From: Marsupella aquatica | Lineage: Eukaryota; Plantae; Marchantiophyta | DNA: 64,000 bases | NCBI GenBank assembly: GCA_973895155.1 | Contig: OZ316899.1 | Location: 7,939,241-8,003,240, forward strand | Reading direction: 5' to 3' | Shown: positions 22,825-34,852 of the stretch, in pieces | How the letters are laid out: every line of letters starts with the position of its first letter | How positions within the stretch are numbered: position 1 is the first letter of the stretch | The notes under the pieces: model-generated | What the model saw: the letters and a program-made list of their open reading frames with translations, nothing else | The model's database searches: none | What the model was told of the DNA's origin: nothing | Program-made: the position numbers and the translations under genes

Positions 22825-24462
22825 TCATTCTCTCGCCTCGCCGCGTCCGTCTCCTCTGCTGCCTCCTGACATGCCTCCTCCAGCTGCTGTCAGTTTACCC
22901 GCCAGTTGGTCCTGCTTCTCGGCCTCGGTTTGGAGCCGCGCCACCTCGGCCTGCAGCGTGGCTATCTCCGCCGTGTCCCGCTGGGCTCGTTCCTCGGCCT
23001 CCTCCAAGTCTTTCTGCCAGGTGACGGTTTGATTCTTCAAACTGTCAATCTGGTTCCGGAGTCGTGTAATCTCGGCCTCGTTTCCAGCTTTGGCCTGTTC
23101 GGCTAGGGCGGTAAGAGCGTGCGCCTTTGCTAACAACTCATCGGCGGCTGCAACCTTGGGTCGTAGTTGCAGAAGCTCAGCCTCTTGAGCCGCAACTTCG
23201 TTCTTTAGGTACACAGACTCCACCCGGTATCGCTCTATCCTCTTAAGGGCCTCTGACTGGGCCCGACCTGCCTTTACTGCGGCAACCAACTCCTGATTGA
23301 AGAAATGGGCTACCTTCCGGGCCATGAACTCCCCGGTATCCCGGGCAATTTGATGAGAGAAATCTCCCAGAAGCCCATTCAGAAATGTACCCGGTACGAA
23401 GAGTTCCGGGTGGTCCAGGTTGTGCCTGTCCGGAGTTGGGCACGGGCAGACGTCAACACGCGCGGGGGCCGGGGCAGTGACGTCCAGCCCTGGGGACGTA
23501 ACGTTGGAAGGGGCTGGAGTGTCCTCCTGCAGCAATGTCCGGTTCTCCGGAATAGCCACCGGTGGGTCTTTGGGAGATCCGGGCTCGGGTAAGACCTCCG
23601 CCGTACCGACTTCTGTACTTAGCCCGACTTGTTGGGTTGCATCAACGGTTGCGACAACCGACCCATCCAGTACCTCCTCGGTTACGACTACAGCTACTTG
23701 TGGAGGTGGGGTGGGTGAAGCTGGCGTGTCCGCTGGACTTCGGGCCTCGGGTTGGGGCCATCTCTCCAAGGCCGGGAAAACCCACCTAGCTGGGACCAGC
23801 TTTGTAACGTTGACACGGGGAAAGGTTCATCGATCAAACCGGGCGTACCACTCAAGAATGAGCTTGATGTGGCTAGCGAAATACGCCTTCCCGCCAATGT
23901 ACAGCGTCTTCCTTCGCCGCTCCATCTCTTCATGGAATTTCTTAGCGAAGTACGACGTCCACTTCCTAGGTCGATAGTTCTCGACCTGGATAACCTGGGC
24001 GGCGGAGATCTCCCCCCGGGGTTCCATCATGTGGAGGGCGTACCTCTGAAACTCCAGTTGCTCAGCTATCTTGGGGATGAGGCAGGTCTTCATCACGAAC
24101 CCGTTGTCCACTACTCCCTCTGAGGGAAAACTTGAAGATTGGTACTTGGCTCCCTTGCCCCCGGGAGCCCATGATTCGACTCGATGGTCACCTTTGAGTA
24201 ACCCAAAGATCATCCTGAGCCGTTCTTCCGTGAGGGACATACTCCTTCCCCGCAGCCGAGTATGTTGACGCGCGTCGTCATAATTCCTGACGAACTCTGT
24301 CATGTTCTCCCCGTAGTACCTGCAAGTGTTCCAGGGGAGGGAGGCGAGGTGCTCGAATCCCTGAGTCTTCAGGTACACCACATGCTTGGGATGGAGGATG
24401 TTTTTGTGAACGTTTTCCCCCATGCGGTGCATTGTCACCTTGGCTACGGCTACCGTGGCCAA
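22825..24462 (-). pseudogene. E ORF2: plant-transposon accessory domain + Pro-rich linker + coiled coil (one in-frame stop at 23827)
   Basis: ORFs 23827-24462 and 22825-23769 share a frame; homologous to 36760-37480, 45838-47404, 42919-43723 and more distantly 25890-26480. Confidence 0.7.
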
Positions 24463-25292
24463 CGGTAACCCGGATGCAGTGGTGGATTCCTTCCTCGTGA
24501 CTGGCTCGGGGAAGGTGACACTTCCCCATCCTCCCGATCGGGCCTGGGTAGTGCCACTGCCGTTAGTAACGGGCCCGGGTCAGCCATGGTCACCATGTTG
24601 TCTGCCGGGGCCGCTCCTGGGGTCAGAGCAGGGAGTGGGGACGATATAGTGTCGGCCCCCTGAGCGCTTGTTCCTCTGGGCCGCCTGGTCAAGGGTGGGG
24701 TAGCCTCGTCGTCATCGCTAAGATCCACAACGTTGATGACGGAGCGTACTTGTGCTGGTTGGGCGATCGGTGGTGGGGTTTGGCTAGGCTGCGGCTGAGG
24801 CTGAGGCTGAAGCTGAAGCTGAGCCTGAGGTTGAGCCTGAGGTTGAGCCTGAGGTTGCATGGGTACGAGTATGGGTTCGATTGAGTTGGTCATGTTGGTT
24901 GATGGCCGAGTTCCCATGAAGCTCTGTAGGTGCTGGTAGAAGTTCTCCGAAGCGAGTGCAGACGACCTTGTCGAACGGGTAGTGCTGGACTTGCTGTTGA
25001 TGATAGCCCGAACCTGAGCAGGGATGTGGTCAAAGTGATGTCGTTGCAAGTCGATTGTACCCGGGATATTGAAGACCTCGTCCGGAAGCCGAAGCAATGC
25101 TTCCCAAAAACCGATATATTTGTCTCCGTTGAAGAAGTACCCAGATACCTCTGCTGGTCGGTAAAGCTCACTCTGAGATGGGTAGTCAAAGTTAAGGATG
25201 TAGTGGTGTCGTCCTGCTAGGCGGATGGCTCTCTCGTACTTGCGTTCGATTTCGTATCGGCGCGGGTTGGCGTGTTTCAATGAGTCGGCCAA
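24450..25292 (-). CDS. E ORF1, unknown function
   Basis: 280 aa with QP repeats; YFFNGDKYIGFWEALLRLPD matches FFFEGRKYLGFGEALLRLPD in 48657-49229. Confidence 0.6.
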   Translation of the reverse strand: MADSLKHANPRRYEIERKYERAIRLAGRHHYILNFDYPSQSELYRPAEVSGYFFNGDKYIGFWEALLRLPDEVFNIPGTIDLQRHHFDHIPAQVRAIINSKSSTTRSTRSSALASENFYQHLQSFMGTRPSTNMTNSIEPILVPMQPQAQPQAQPQAQLQLQPQPQPQPSQTPPPIAQPAQVRSVINVVDLSDDDEATPPLTRRPRGTSAQGADTISSPLPALTPGAAPADNMVTMADPGPLLTAVALPRPDREDGEVSPSPSQSRGRNPPLHPGYRWPR

Positions 25293-25889
25293 GTGCCTTC
25301 CGGTAGATAGGAACTGCGTCCAGAATCAAATGGCCGAGCTGGAGAGGATCGTGTGCGACATTCAGAGGAGATAGTAGTGGCGACTTAGAGCGAACGAGAG
25401 AGTTGGGGTCGAAGCTGGCGCGTGGACTGATGGACTGGTGCACTACAAAGGGTTGGCTCCCCTTTTATACCTTGAGGGCTCGATCCCCCCACGTCTCCTC
25501 GACGCCCATAGGCTGAACCGCTCATGCTTGTGGTGTACCGGCCACTCCGCCGGTCTGAGTCAGCGCGTGTTAGTGGCCGCTTCTTAAGTACGTTATACGG
25601 ACCCGAGGGAGGGGTCCCTCCACGCTCGTAACCCGGGTGTGCGAATAGCGACCCGCCGCCAGTCCAAACCTGAATTCCCCCTTATTGACTAATGATGTCT
25701 TACCCATAATGATTACCTAAATACTATCGTTATGTTAATAATAGCAGCCTAAGATACTCCTAACGCGCGTGCTAAGCGCAGTTAGACCGAGTCACTCATT
25801 AACCGCCGTACCGGCGGCGTCACATTGAGCCTCCATGCTTAACCGTTTTTAGGAGGAGAGCTCTAGAGCCTTCTCAGATTTTCTGAGCT

Positions 25890-27734
25890 ATGGCCACCAG
25901 AAGCTTACCAATTAGTAAGGCCATTAGGGTGACCTTACCTCCAGGTCCTAAGGCTTACTTTAGACTCCTTAGTAACCTGGTAGAGATGGGCTTGAGTTCC
26001 TTACTTTTTCTTCCTTGGGATATGGTGCATGGGTCCATCATTGTCGATTTTCTTCGTCCACCCCGAGCTGGCACTTTTTGGAGTTCTACTAGAGGTTCAG
26101 CTGATGTGTGTACCACCGCCGTTATTTCTGAGGTATACCAGTTGAGCCAGGAGGGAGAGAGACTTCTCTCTCTTGGAGAGGACTTGACTGTCCCCTATTT
26201 TAGAGGTACCAGGGACCGGAGGTCTGGTTGGAAGATTGATCAGTGCAGGAACCGGGAGTTAGCTCATCTACTCCGATTCCTTGTACCTATCTTTCATCCG
26301 ACCAAACCCACCAGGGCTATGGTTTACTTGACCAGCTCTATCATTGTATCATGGACCGGCAAGAGGAGGATCAACTAGGCCTTAGCTCTTTCGGAGGTGA
26401 TCGCCAAGCAGGTGGTTGTCTTGTCTACTACCGGTGATACCTATCTGACACCCTACTTGGCGCACATTTACTTTTTGAGAGGCTGCTTATTACCAGTGGA
26501 GCTGAGCGATTGGAGGAGGAGAGCGAGACACTTTGAGCTACCTCAGCCAGAGTTAGCAAGAGAGTTGACTCCACCACCAATGACATCTCCGAGACCCCCT
26601 CCAGTGGAGCAGACGACAGCACCAGATCTACCAGGGATGACTTCTTCCTCTTTTGTTGCTTCCACTTCTTATCCGTCATGGACTGATTTTGTTGGTGATG
26701 CTGAGCGACTAGCTAGTGTGGCTGGTTTCAACCAGCATTTGGTAGATGAGGCCACTAGACTCTTGAGTTGTACCCCTCTACAGTTACTTGACTCTATTTG
26801 TGCTTTGCTTTCCGAGTCTCGTACCGTACCACCCCCTCATGTTTCACCCCTTGCACCTTCACCACAACCTGATCACCCTATGGATGTGGATGAGCCGGAG
26901 CTACCTATTGCTGACCCTTCACTCCCTCCTCCATCCTCACCTACACCCCCTCTACCTGATCCCATTCTTTCCCCTATCCCTCCTACATTTTCACCTGAGC
27001 ACCCTCCATCTCCTTTACCCCCTTCACCAGTACCCCCTCCAGATCCATTTTCCTCTATTGAGGATACCACCCTATCACCCCTTGATAATTCATTTCCCTC
27101 TCCTACCATGGAAGGAGATGAACCTATTCCTGAGCCTATTCCCGAGATTGAGCCTGAGCCTGAGCCTGAGACTATAGAGCCTCCCAGTATACCATTTATA
27201 GCTCCTACTCCTTTGATGTCTCAGCCTCCTATTGTCTCTTCTGTTGCCAACATTGAGCCTCTTTTTGTCTTTCCCGCCCAGTTCGATAGGATGATTACGT
27301 CACTCATCGACGCACGCACTCCTCTTGCACCTCCTTTACCTCCACTTATGTTTGGTTGTGAGTCTTTTCCTTTTCCACACACCTACGACATGGTTCCGAT
27401 TTCTTGTGGTATTCTATGGCTACCTATCGACAAGCTGAGATTACCCACGATTGAGACTCCTGACCTTTGGAGTTGGGTTTATCATTGTAGAAAGGTCATA
27501 GCACCTTTCCCTCTTCCAGCTCCAGACATTCCATGGCCATCAGATTACTTTGTTTGGATCGGACCGGATGGACATCCCATCCGGAAGACCAGTGAGCCTC
27601 GTTTGATTCGTTACCGTGAGGACCTTTTCCGTCGACAGTATTTGAAGGGACAAAGGACCAAAGGGAAGATAGCCCTTGGTTATGTAGCTCGCCTCCCTCT
27701 ACTTGTAGTCGACCCTCCTCCTATTACAGTATGA
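25890..27734 (+). pseudogene. Accessory ORF inside the 5' LTR of D (one in-frame TAG at 26376)
   Basis: ORFs 25890-26378 and 26397-27734 are in frame; L.LPW...F...RG...ISEVYQL...GW....C....LRFL...YL..YLAHIY domain followed by a Pro/Glu-rich tract. Confidence 0.7.
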
Positions 27735-28777
27735 GATTAGTATTTTATTTTGTAGACTTTTACTTAGCTCTGACCATTTGACTATCCCTTAGTCAAAGTT
27801 GACTTTTACTTTACTTAGTTTAGACTTAGGCATGTCTCTTCATTCTCCTTAGCCCGTGGGCGATCTCATGCACTTAGTGTGATACCAGTCTCATTTTGAG
27901 ACAGTGTGGATAGTTATTTGCATCTCCTCATCTTGGAGTTTTGTCCCTTGTACGTGTAATGCAATTTTGCAAGGAAGATTTGCATACCTTGGAATTTGAT
28001 TACTTGTGCTAGGAGTCTACCCCTCCTTCGTATGGTAATGCATGTTGCAATTACCGTAAGAAGTAAAATCCATAAAAATACAGTTTGTGGAATGTATTAG
28101 AAGATCCGTTGGTCGGTGCCTAATCCAAACTACAACATTTGTTGTCCATTTATGTATTTATATGAAGGACTTATCTTGGAAGATAAGTATTACATGAAAT
28201 CAAGAAATAGAAATCTATATGATTAAGAAGTAGCGACATTCTTAATTCACGGATTTGAAGTACCATTGTGGTATACTGAATGTGCATTAGTTTTTCTTTG
28301 GAATTGCGCATCGCTGAAGAAGGAAACATGTTGCCGGCATTTTAATGACACACTACTATACACACAATCCAAAACTTATCTTGGGTTTTGTGAGCATAGA
28401 CACTTCTTAAACTTAGATTTATGATGGAAACCTAGAGAGCAGTTATAGCAAGGTTATGTTTGACTTATCAACGTCTCAAATAATGCCATAGCTCTTTCTT
28501 AAGACATGGTGACGAAGCTAAATATTGCTAAACTATACCTCTAAAAGCTCTAAGATTCTGTTATACAGCAAATGTCACTTTGTTCTTATTTTATTAATTC
28601 CTTGTGTTTTGTTTAAGATTCTATTTTTCTTATAGATGTTGAGTACCATCTCTAAACCACTCAAAACACTTTAAAACATCTTTTCATCCCATTCTTGTTC
28701 TCCCACAGGAACGAACACCGAGTTTTTAGCATATATTCGATGATATTTGCTTTTGTTAGCATACGACATACGATTTT

Positions 28778-28795
28778 TGGCGCCACTGTCGGGAA
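28778..28795 (+). promoter_or_regulatory. tRNA primer-binding site of element D (Asp-like, tentative)
   Basis: TGGCGCCACTGTCGGGAA following TACG-ATTTT (decayed TACA LTR end near 28772). Confidence 0.7.
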
Positions 28796-28976
28796 ACAGG
28801 TCAGGGATGATTTGACAAGCTGGCAGTGAATGCCAAACTATCAATTCTTGGAATTCAAGGAGGTTGAAGGAAGAGGGAGTTAGATATAGTGAATTAGGGT
28901 TGCAAACCTATTTCATGGTGTTTGATTCTCTTTAGAATTGAATCTTGCTGAATTTTAAGAAAAGAAAGGAGAGACA

Positions 28977-30149
28977 TTGGAGATCAAAAACATGCCAAGG
29001 AGAAATCGACCTCAGAAAAGGGAGCGAGCCCAAATCAAGTCACGAGAAAATCAACGTCACAATATTATCACCACCACTACGCATTCTAGGGCGACAATCG
29101 TGAAAAGTCAAAGAGGAAGTGCAAGTGGAGGAAGTTATTTTTGGGGTGGCGAATTGATTAAAGTTGATTCATGGGATACGAATGTTTTCCTTGATTGTTT
29201 ATTGATTTTCAGGCGAGTTTCAGACGGAAGATTCGAATTGGTGGAAGCCACGCAAGACAATGAATTTGATAAGGAATTGATTCCTATATTGTTAAAGGAC
29301 CACCATATTGAGGAGGAAAGTTTAGATTTGGAGATTGAGAATGAATTGAAGAACGCTTTGGCAATCTTGAAGGGAGATCCTTTGTGGAGACATCAGCTTG
29401 ATAATGTGCTGAAGGACTTCTATGGAAACTCCAATGTACTTCTACAAGAGGAAAAGCCTGTTATGAGATTGAGTAGAAAGGTGTTAATTGCAACCTTGGA
29501 CCACTACGCTAGGAATGGGTGGATCTTAATTAAGTGGAAGGAGTTGAGTTGGGGAAAAGCATGTTTCAATGGGTTTCCGATTTGCCAGAAATTTGTGACA
29601 AGACAGACATATTAGTGTTGAAGAGATTGTGGATTGATGATCGTGAATACAAGCTATTACCTATCGAGGAGGAAAATGATTTAGAATTTGTTCTAAGAAA
29701 GAATGAGCGTCATAGTTTTTGGGCGACTGATGCAGAGCAGTTAAGAATCAAGGAAAGTTTGGCCATATTGCATGGACTTGGAGATTTGTGGATAGATGCA
29801 CTTGATGTGCTAAACAATCTTTTGAATGGGTATCAGACCTCAACGGTTAACGAAGAATTGAACAATGGATTCTTTCAAATAGAGTTCTAACTTGGTAGAT
29901 AAGATGCCGAGATCTCAACCAAGATCACTAGGCACCTTCAGAATACAGAATATGAGAAATACCTATTTGAGAACAAGAGTACTTAGCCTAAGAGGAAGAA
30001 GAGGAATTCATTGGTTATCCATTACTTGGTGGCAAGGAGACCAACTTCATTTAGTGATTTTGAGATTAAATGGACGAGTTGCAGGAGAGAGATATGTTGT
30101 CATTTCCATTTCAGATTTAGCCCATGCTCTCATCCAGGACCAGAGATGA
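28977..30149 (+). pseudogene. Broken upstream ORF(s) of element D, unknown function
   Basis: Three abutting ORFs right after the PBS; no gag motif recognised. Confidence 0.4.
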
Positions 30150-30315
30150 AGAAGATGAGGGAGTGCTTAATGACTGCCTTATGATGAACCATTGATTGGC
30201 TTGTGAAGGAAAATTCTGCCTCCAATTTTTGATTTGAATTCTAACATCAGATTTGGATTCCTCGGAAGATGGCATGTTAAATTGATATAAAATTGAGCCA
30301 AAACTGATAAGGGAA

Positions 30316-30933
30316 TTGGGAGTTGTGACCAATTTAGTTTCAAAAAAAATTTATGGACGTCCCGGACGGCCTGCGTGTAAAGACGGATTAATGGGCAAGA
30401 TTTTAAATAAAATGGTTTCTACACATAAAGTGGATTGGGATATAAAGCTATCTTCCGCATTATGGGCATACCGAACAGCCGAGAAAATCAAGACCACTAA
30501 AACATCATTTTATCTCACTTATGGATTGGACGCCTTAATTCCCATTGAGATGGAGTTGTTAACCGAGAGGACAATCATTTCCGACCGCATGGAGGAGGAA
30601 CCTAGTTTGCAATGCAGATTAACTCAATTGGAAACCTTGGAAGAAGATAGGTTATTGGCCTTGCAACACACCTTACTCCAACAAATGAAAAGGAAGAAGG
30701 CTTATGACAAAAATTTAAAGCCTAACAAGTTGAAGGATGGAGATTTAGCCTTAATCTATGATGCACGATATATGTTTTTTCCTGGTAAACTCCATACCCA
30801 TTGGATAGGCCCTTACAAAGTAATCAAAGTTTGGCAAAATGGATCTGTTTCATTAGCTACTTTGGATGGGACATCTCTAGATACAAGGATCAATGCCGCA
30901 AGAGTTAAGCTCTACCTTACCCCACTTGAATAA
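30316..30933 (+). pseudogene. C-terminal half of Gypsy integrase (element D)
   Basis: DWDIKLSSALWAYRT, FYLTYG, KLHTHWIGPYKV (GPY/F), RVKLY; ends just before the PPT. Confidence 0.9.
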
Positions 30934-30971
30934 AGCTTGTGAGGACACGACGCAGTTTGGGGGGAGACCTA

Positions 30972-31733
30972 TGTAATTAGGTGATTATTCTAAAAAAGAG
31001 AGTTAAAGTATCAAAACCATAAATTTTTAAATTTTTTAAGTTTTTATAAGGCCCTTTAAGCAAATTTAAGTTAGTATAAGCTCAAATGGGTAAGGATACC
31101 ATTGGAAGATGTCAAGGCTACTCTGGTTTTCACATATTAGACGTCTACGCTGGCCTGATCACACTTTCTACTTTTCTTCGAGGGACGTCCATGGCGGCCG
31201 GCAGTAGGGCGCGAGCTTCGACCCTCAGTGCTCACTCGATGGACCACCATTCAAGCTCATTTCAATTGCTATAGGAGCGCAGTTGCCTAGAGAATGTTCA
31301 CCCCGATTTTGAACTGCTATTGATGAGACGTTGAGGATAAACCCAACTCCAAAGGTTGAAATGTAGAAAGGTCAGAGCATGGGCTAAATCGAGAGATCTT
31401 TTGAATGGGTTCTCGTGGTGACCTTTCTACATTTCAATTCCTTGATTGCCGTCTTCATGAGGAGGCCGTCTAGGGCGGCGTCGTCCCTGCCGTCCCTGTG
31501 AGGAGGCCGTCCAGGACGTCACCTCATTTTTGAAGCTCCTTTCAACTTCTTGCCGTCTTGACGTCTAATATGTGAAAACCAGAGTAGCCTTGACGTCTTC
31601 CAATGGTATCCTTACCCATTTGAGCTTATACTAACTTAAATTTGCTTAAAGGGCCTTATAAAAACTTTAAAAATTTAAAAATTTATGATTTTGATACTTT
31701 AACTCTTTTTTTTAGAATAATCACCTAATTATA
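30972..31733 (+). repeat. Truncated 3' LTR of D fused to an inverted copy of the LTR 5' end
   Basis: 30972-31337 matches 21012-21658 with an internal deletion; 31446-31733 is the reverse complement of about 21012-21288. Confidence 0.85.
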
Positions 31734-32281
31734 TCTCCGTTGAGCCCAAACACTTTGCGTTTCTTCTTCCGAGTCGGATGTCACAACAAGTAACCCGGTT
31801 CAGGGAAAAACAAACACCATAGCTTGTCAAAAAACCAAAACACAACTTGTACTCATTACGTCGCACTCGCACTGCAAACGCCAGTAAACCAGGTACCAAA
31901 ACGACCAGCTCGCTTCAACCTTCAACTTGAGCTATAACATGCGACGCCTCCTGCACCGCACAGCTCACACCGTTGGAAAAAAAACTCTGGTCCCTCCAAC
32001 AAAAAATACCGTCGAACACGAAACTCCACAGAAAAATGTTTTCTGCAATTACTCCTCACTTAGAAATCCGATCCACGATTTCTTAACGCCGTTAGAAAGC
32101 CCTCTCAACGATCTATCCGATGAGCCCACCACCAACAAGTTTCATGCAACAAAAAGTGGTGGACCGTGCCACCCAACGCCCTCACCAATCCCAACACTCA
32201 CGCCTAAGTGCCTTGGGTGCCCGAACGCCTCCACGGAATACCTTGATCAAGCACCCTAGTGCCCCTTGCACCACCAACGAC

Positions 32282-34852
32282 CAGCGCAGCAGTGAGTACC
32301 CTCTCTCGATTGCGGGGGCATAACTCTGTGTATTTGACCAAATCGGCTATAATTGACCTCGTTGGAAAGAGGAGCTCACTTGTGTACATTGGCATGCTGA
32401 GGAGGAGGTTCTTGCCTGTCTGCATGGGGAATCTCAACTTAGAAGGAGGCAAAAGAGAAGTTAGTATTTTGTTTCCCTCTAGATCCAGGATGTTGTGTGA
32501 AGCGGGGACGCTTCACAGTTAAGTAGGGGGATATGTGACACCAATGACATGGTCCTTATTCTATAATCTGATTAAGTAGGTTGCTGTATGCAAGGAGTAG
32601 CTATTGATATTGCATAACAATTAGCAAGATGGCAAGAATAAGGGCAATCATGGCGTTAAGAGTAGGGAAATAAAAGCTATGTCGCGGGTGGTCGATGACC
32701 ATATCTCTTTCAATATATCACCAAATCCAGATCTGTAAAGAGCATTGGAAAGATCTGGTCAAGGCGAGTAAAATCGATATAAAACACTCGAGAAACAGAG
32801 GTGTATTAAGGAAGATACGGCCTGATTAGTGTGACGGGTTAACTTGTGGTCGGAATTAGCGGATTCGGCTTCAATTTCGGGTTAACCCAAGCTCGGCCAC
32901 GGCTTAGCTTAGGTAAGCATGGCTTCAGCTTAGCTCAGGTCAGCACAACTTCAGCTTAGGCTTAACCCGGGTTCGGATTAGATTGATCCCGGGTTAGACT
33001 GAACTCGGGTTAGCCTAAACTCGGGCTTGGGTTAGCATAGGTAAGTTCGGGTTCGGGCTCAGCCTAGGTTAGCGGATAGCGGGTAGCGGCCTAACCCAAG
33101 ACCACGGGTTAGCTCTACTTGGGTTAGATAGGATAGCTAGGTTAGCCAAACTCGGGTTAGCTATGTAACCCGGGTTAGCATAGTAGTGAGTACCCCCTCT
33201 TGGTTACGGGGACATAACTTTCTGTGTATTTGGCCAAATCAGCTATAATTGACCTCGTTGGAAAGAGGAGCTCAAGACGCTTCCAACGCAATCCACGTAG
33301 AAAATGATTGAATAGAGAAATCGGGAGAGGAGGCACAAGCTCACAAAAACCATGGAAGAGGGCCAAATCCGAAGAACATAGCCAATTCAAGATAGAAATA
33401 AAGTTGCGAGTTAGGGTTCAGTAGTTAGAGATAGTGGCGGCTCTGTTAGGGCTGGGATGGGCTCCAGCAACGTAGTATCCAACCATTTGGGCTCAGTATG
33501 AGAGTATATAGAGCAGCCCCCCGGTACAGGCAGGGGGGGACTTCAGTTGTGTGATCTCACGTAGACTGAGCAACAGGGAGGAGCTCTGTGCAAGGAAGGC
33601 TGGGCTTGGAAGCTGTGTGTTGGGGAGAGCTTGGTTGTGCTATTACTCAAGGAGTAATCAGCCACGCTTCACAGCAATAGTTGGCCAGGTTTGCAAGCTG
33701 GATTGTGGCTCTTTCTAGTAGGCAACACAACTGGGTTCTTTTCCCCCGATACAGAGCCTTGGTGATAGGTGATGTGTTGGTGATTGTAAACTATGGGGAG
33801 GATTTCAATGTGATTTGTGGTGAGCACATTAGGGAGGTTGAGACACTGATTGAGGGGCAGCAGGAGGAGCATTAACAGTTCAGTCTGGCAAGGCTACGTG
33901 ATCCATGGGGAGTCCCGGCCTTTGTCTAGTAGAGAGCACTAAGGGATTTATGGCCAGAGCTGAGCTTGCAGGGCAAGCGTGAGGCCGGGCCTCATTGCAG
34001 TCTGGGATAGATTGTTGTTAGGCCTGGTACCAGCTTTGAAGTCGAGTCAACTGTGCATGCGTAACTTGACATTCTAAAATGGAGGTGTGAGATCTGTATG
34101 TGCCCCCAAGAATGAAGTGCAGTGAAGGAGGTTGAGTTCAGGATTGAGTTTGCAAGGCAAGTACGGGATTGGTTCGAGTCCAATCTGCCATTGCAATCTG
34201 GAGTAAGCCGGGCTCAGGTTCAGGATTGAGCTTGCATGGCAAGCACGGGGCTTGCGGGGCAAGCACGTCGCAATCTGAAGGAGACAGCCTTCGGGCCTAG
34301 TGTTCAGATCAAGTGTTCTCAGTGAACTATTGTGCACATCTTTGAATCTAATTGAGTTTTCCTCTCAGGCCTCATTTCTCTCATGGATGTGTGTGTGTAT
34401 AAGGCAATCTGAGTGTATGATGGGACTAGCAGCGCCACTGAGAGGTGTACCGGGTGCATTGAAGTGGGTTGGGTGAGGGCTATCACAGCTCTGATTGCTG
34501 AGAGTGGAATGGCAGAGTGGTGGGGCAATGGCTTAGAAGTCCCTAAGCCAAGAATCAGTCAGGAGTCACTGGTTTATGGGTACATTTTGGCGGCGGAATA
34601 GAAATATACCTATGAAGACCCCTTCTCACCAGAACTATCATGGGCACATAATCTGAATCTCAACCTTGGTTCCTAGGGATTGAGCTTGGGTGATGTGTGA
34701 CAGAGTCTTGCTATGATAGTCTAGTGTTAAGGGCATAAACTGGTGTTTACCGGCCTTCACAGCATCCCTTCGTGATCCTCAGGTACAAGGAGATGGTTTT
34801 GACACCCAATAGTGACGGTTTTGGTGTTGAGACCCATGTCAATCGCGTGACA
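32282..34852 (+). mobile_element. Truncated LTR element H: LTR fragment, 3' UTR, PPT and ~2.3-kb LTR (32534-34852)
   Basis: AAGTAGGGGGATA PPT then TGTGACA; ends GTGACA; 32282-32398 duplicates 33177-33274. Confidence 0.6.
32860..33180. repeat. Degenerate short-unit repeat (CGGGTTAG/CTTAG/CTCGG) inside LTR H
   Basis: Many GGTTAG and AACTCGGG units with reverse-complement TAACCC copies interspersed. Confidence 0.75.

Larger units (their letters stand above)
21817..25824 (-). mobile_element. 4.0-kb solo-LTR-like unit E carrying ORFs, nested in the 5' LTR of D
   Basis: TGTCACGTCGTCGG...CCGGCGGCGTCACA imperfect inverted termini, TSD TTGAG, no terminal direct repeats seen, minus-strand TATAAAA at 25463-25469. 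Confidence 0.85.
21012..31733 (+). mobile_element. Internally deleted Gypsy-type element D with a giant 5' LTR and a rearranged 3' end
   Basis: TGTAATTAGG start repeated at 30972 after PPT (30959-30967); PBS at 28778; 5-bp TSD TCTCC (21007-21011, 31734-31738). Confidence 0.85.
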
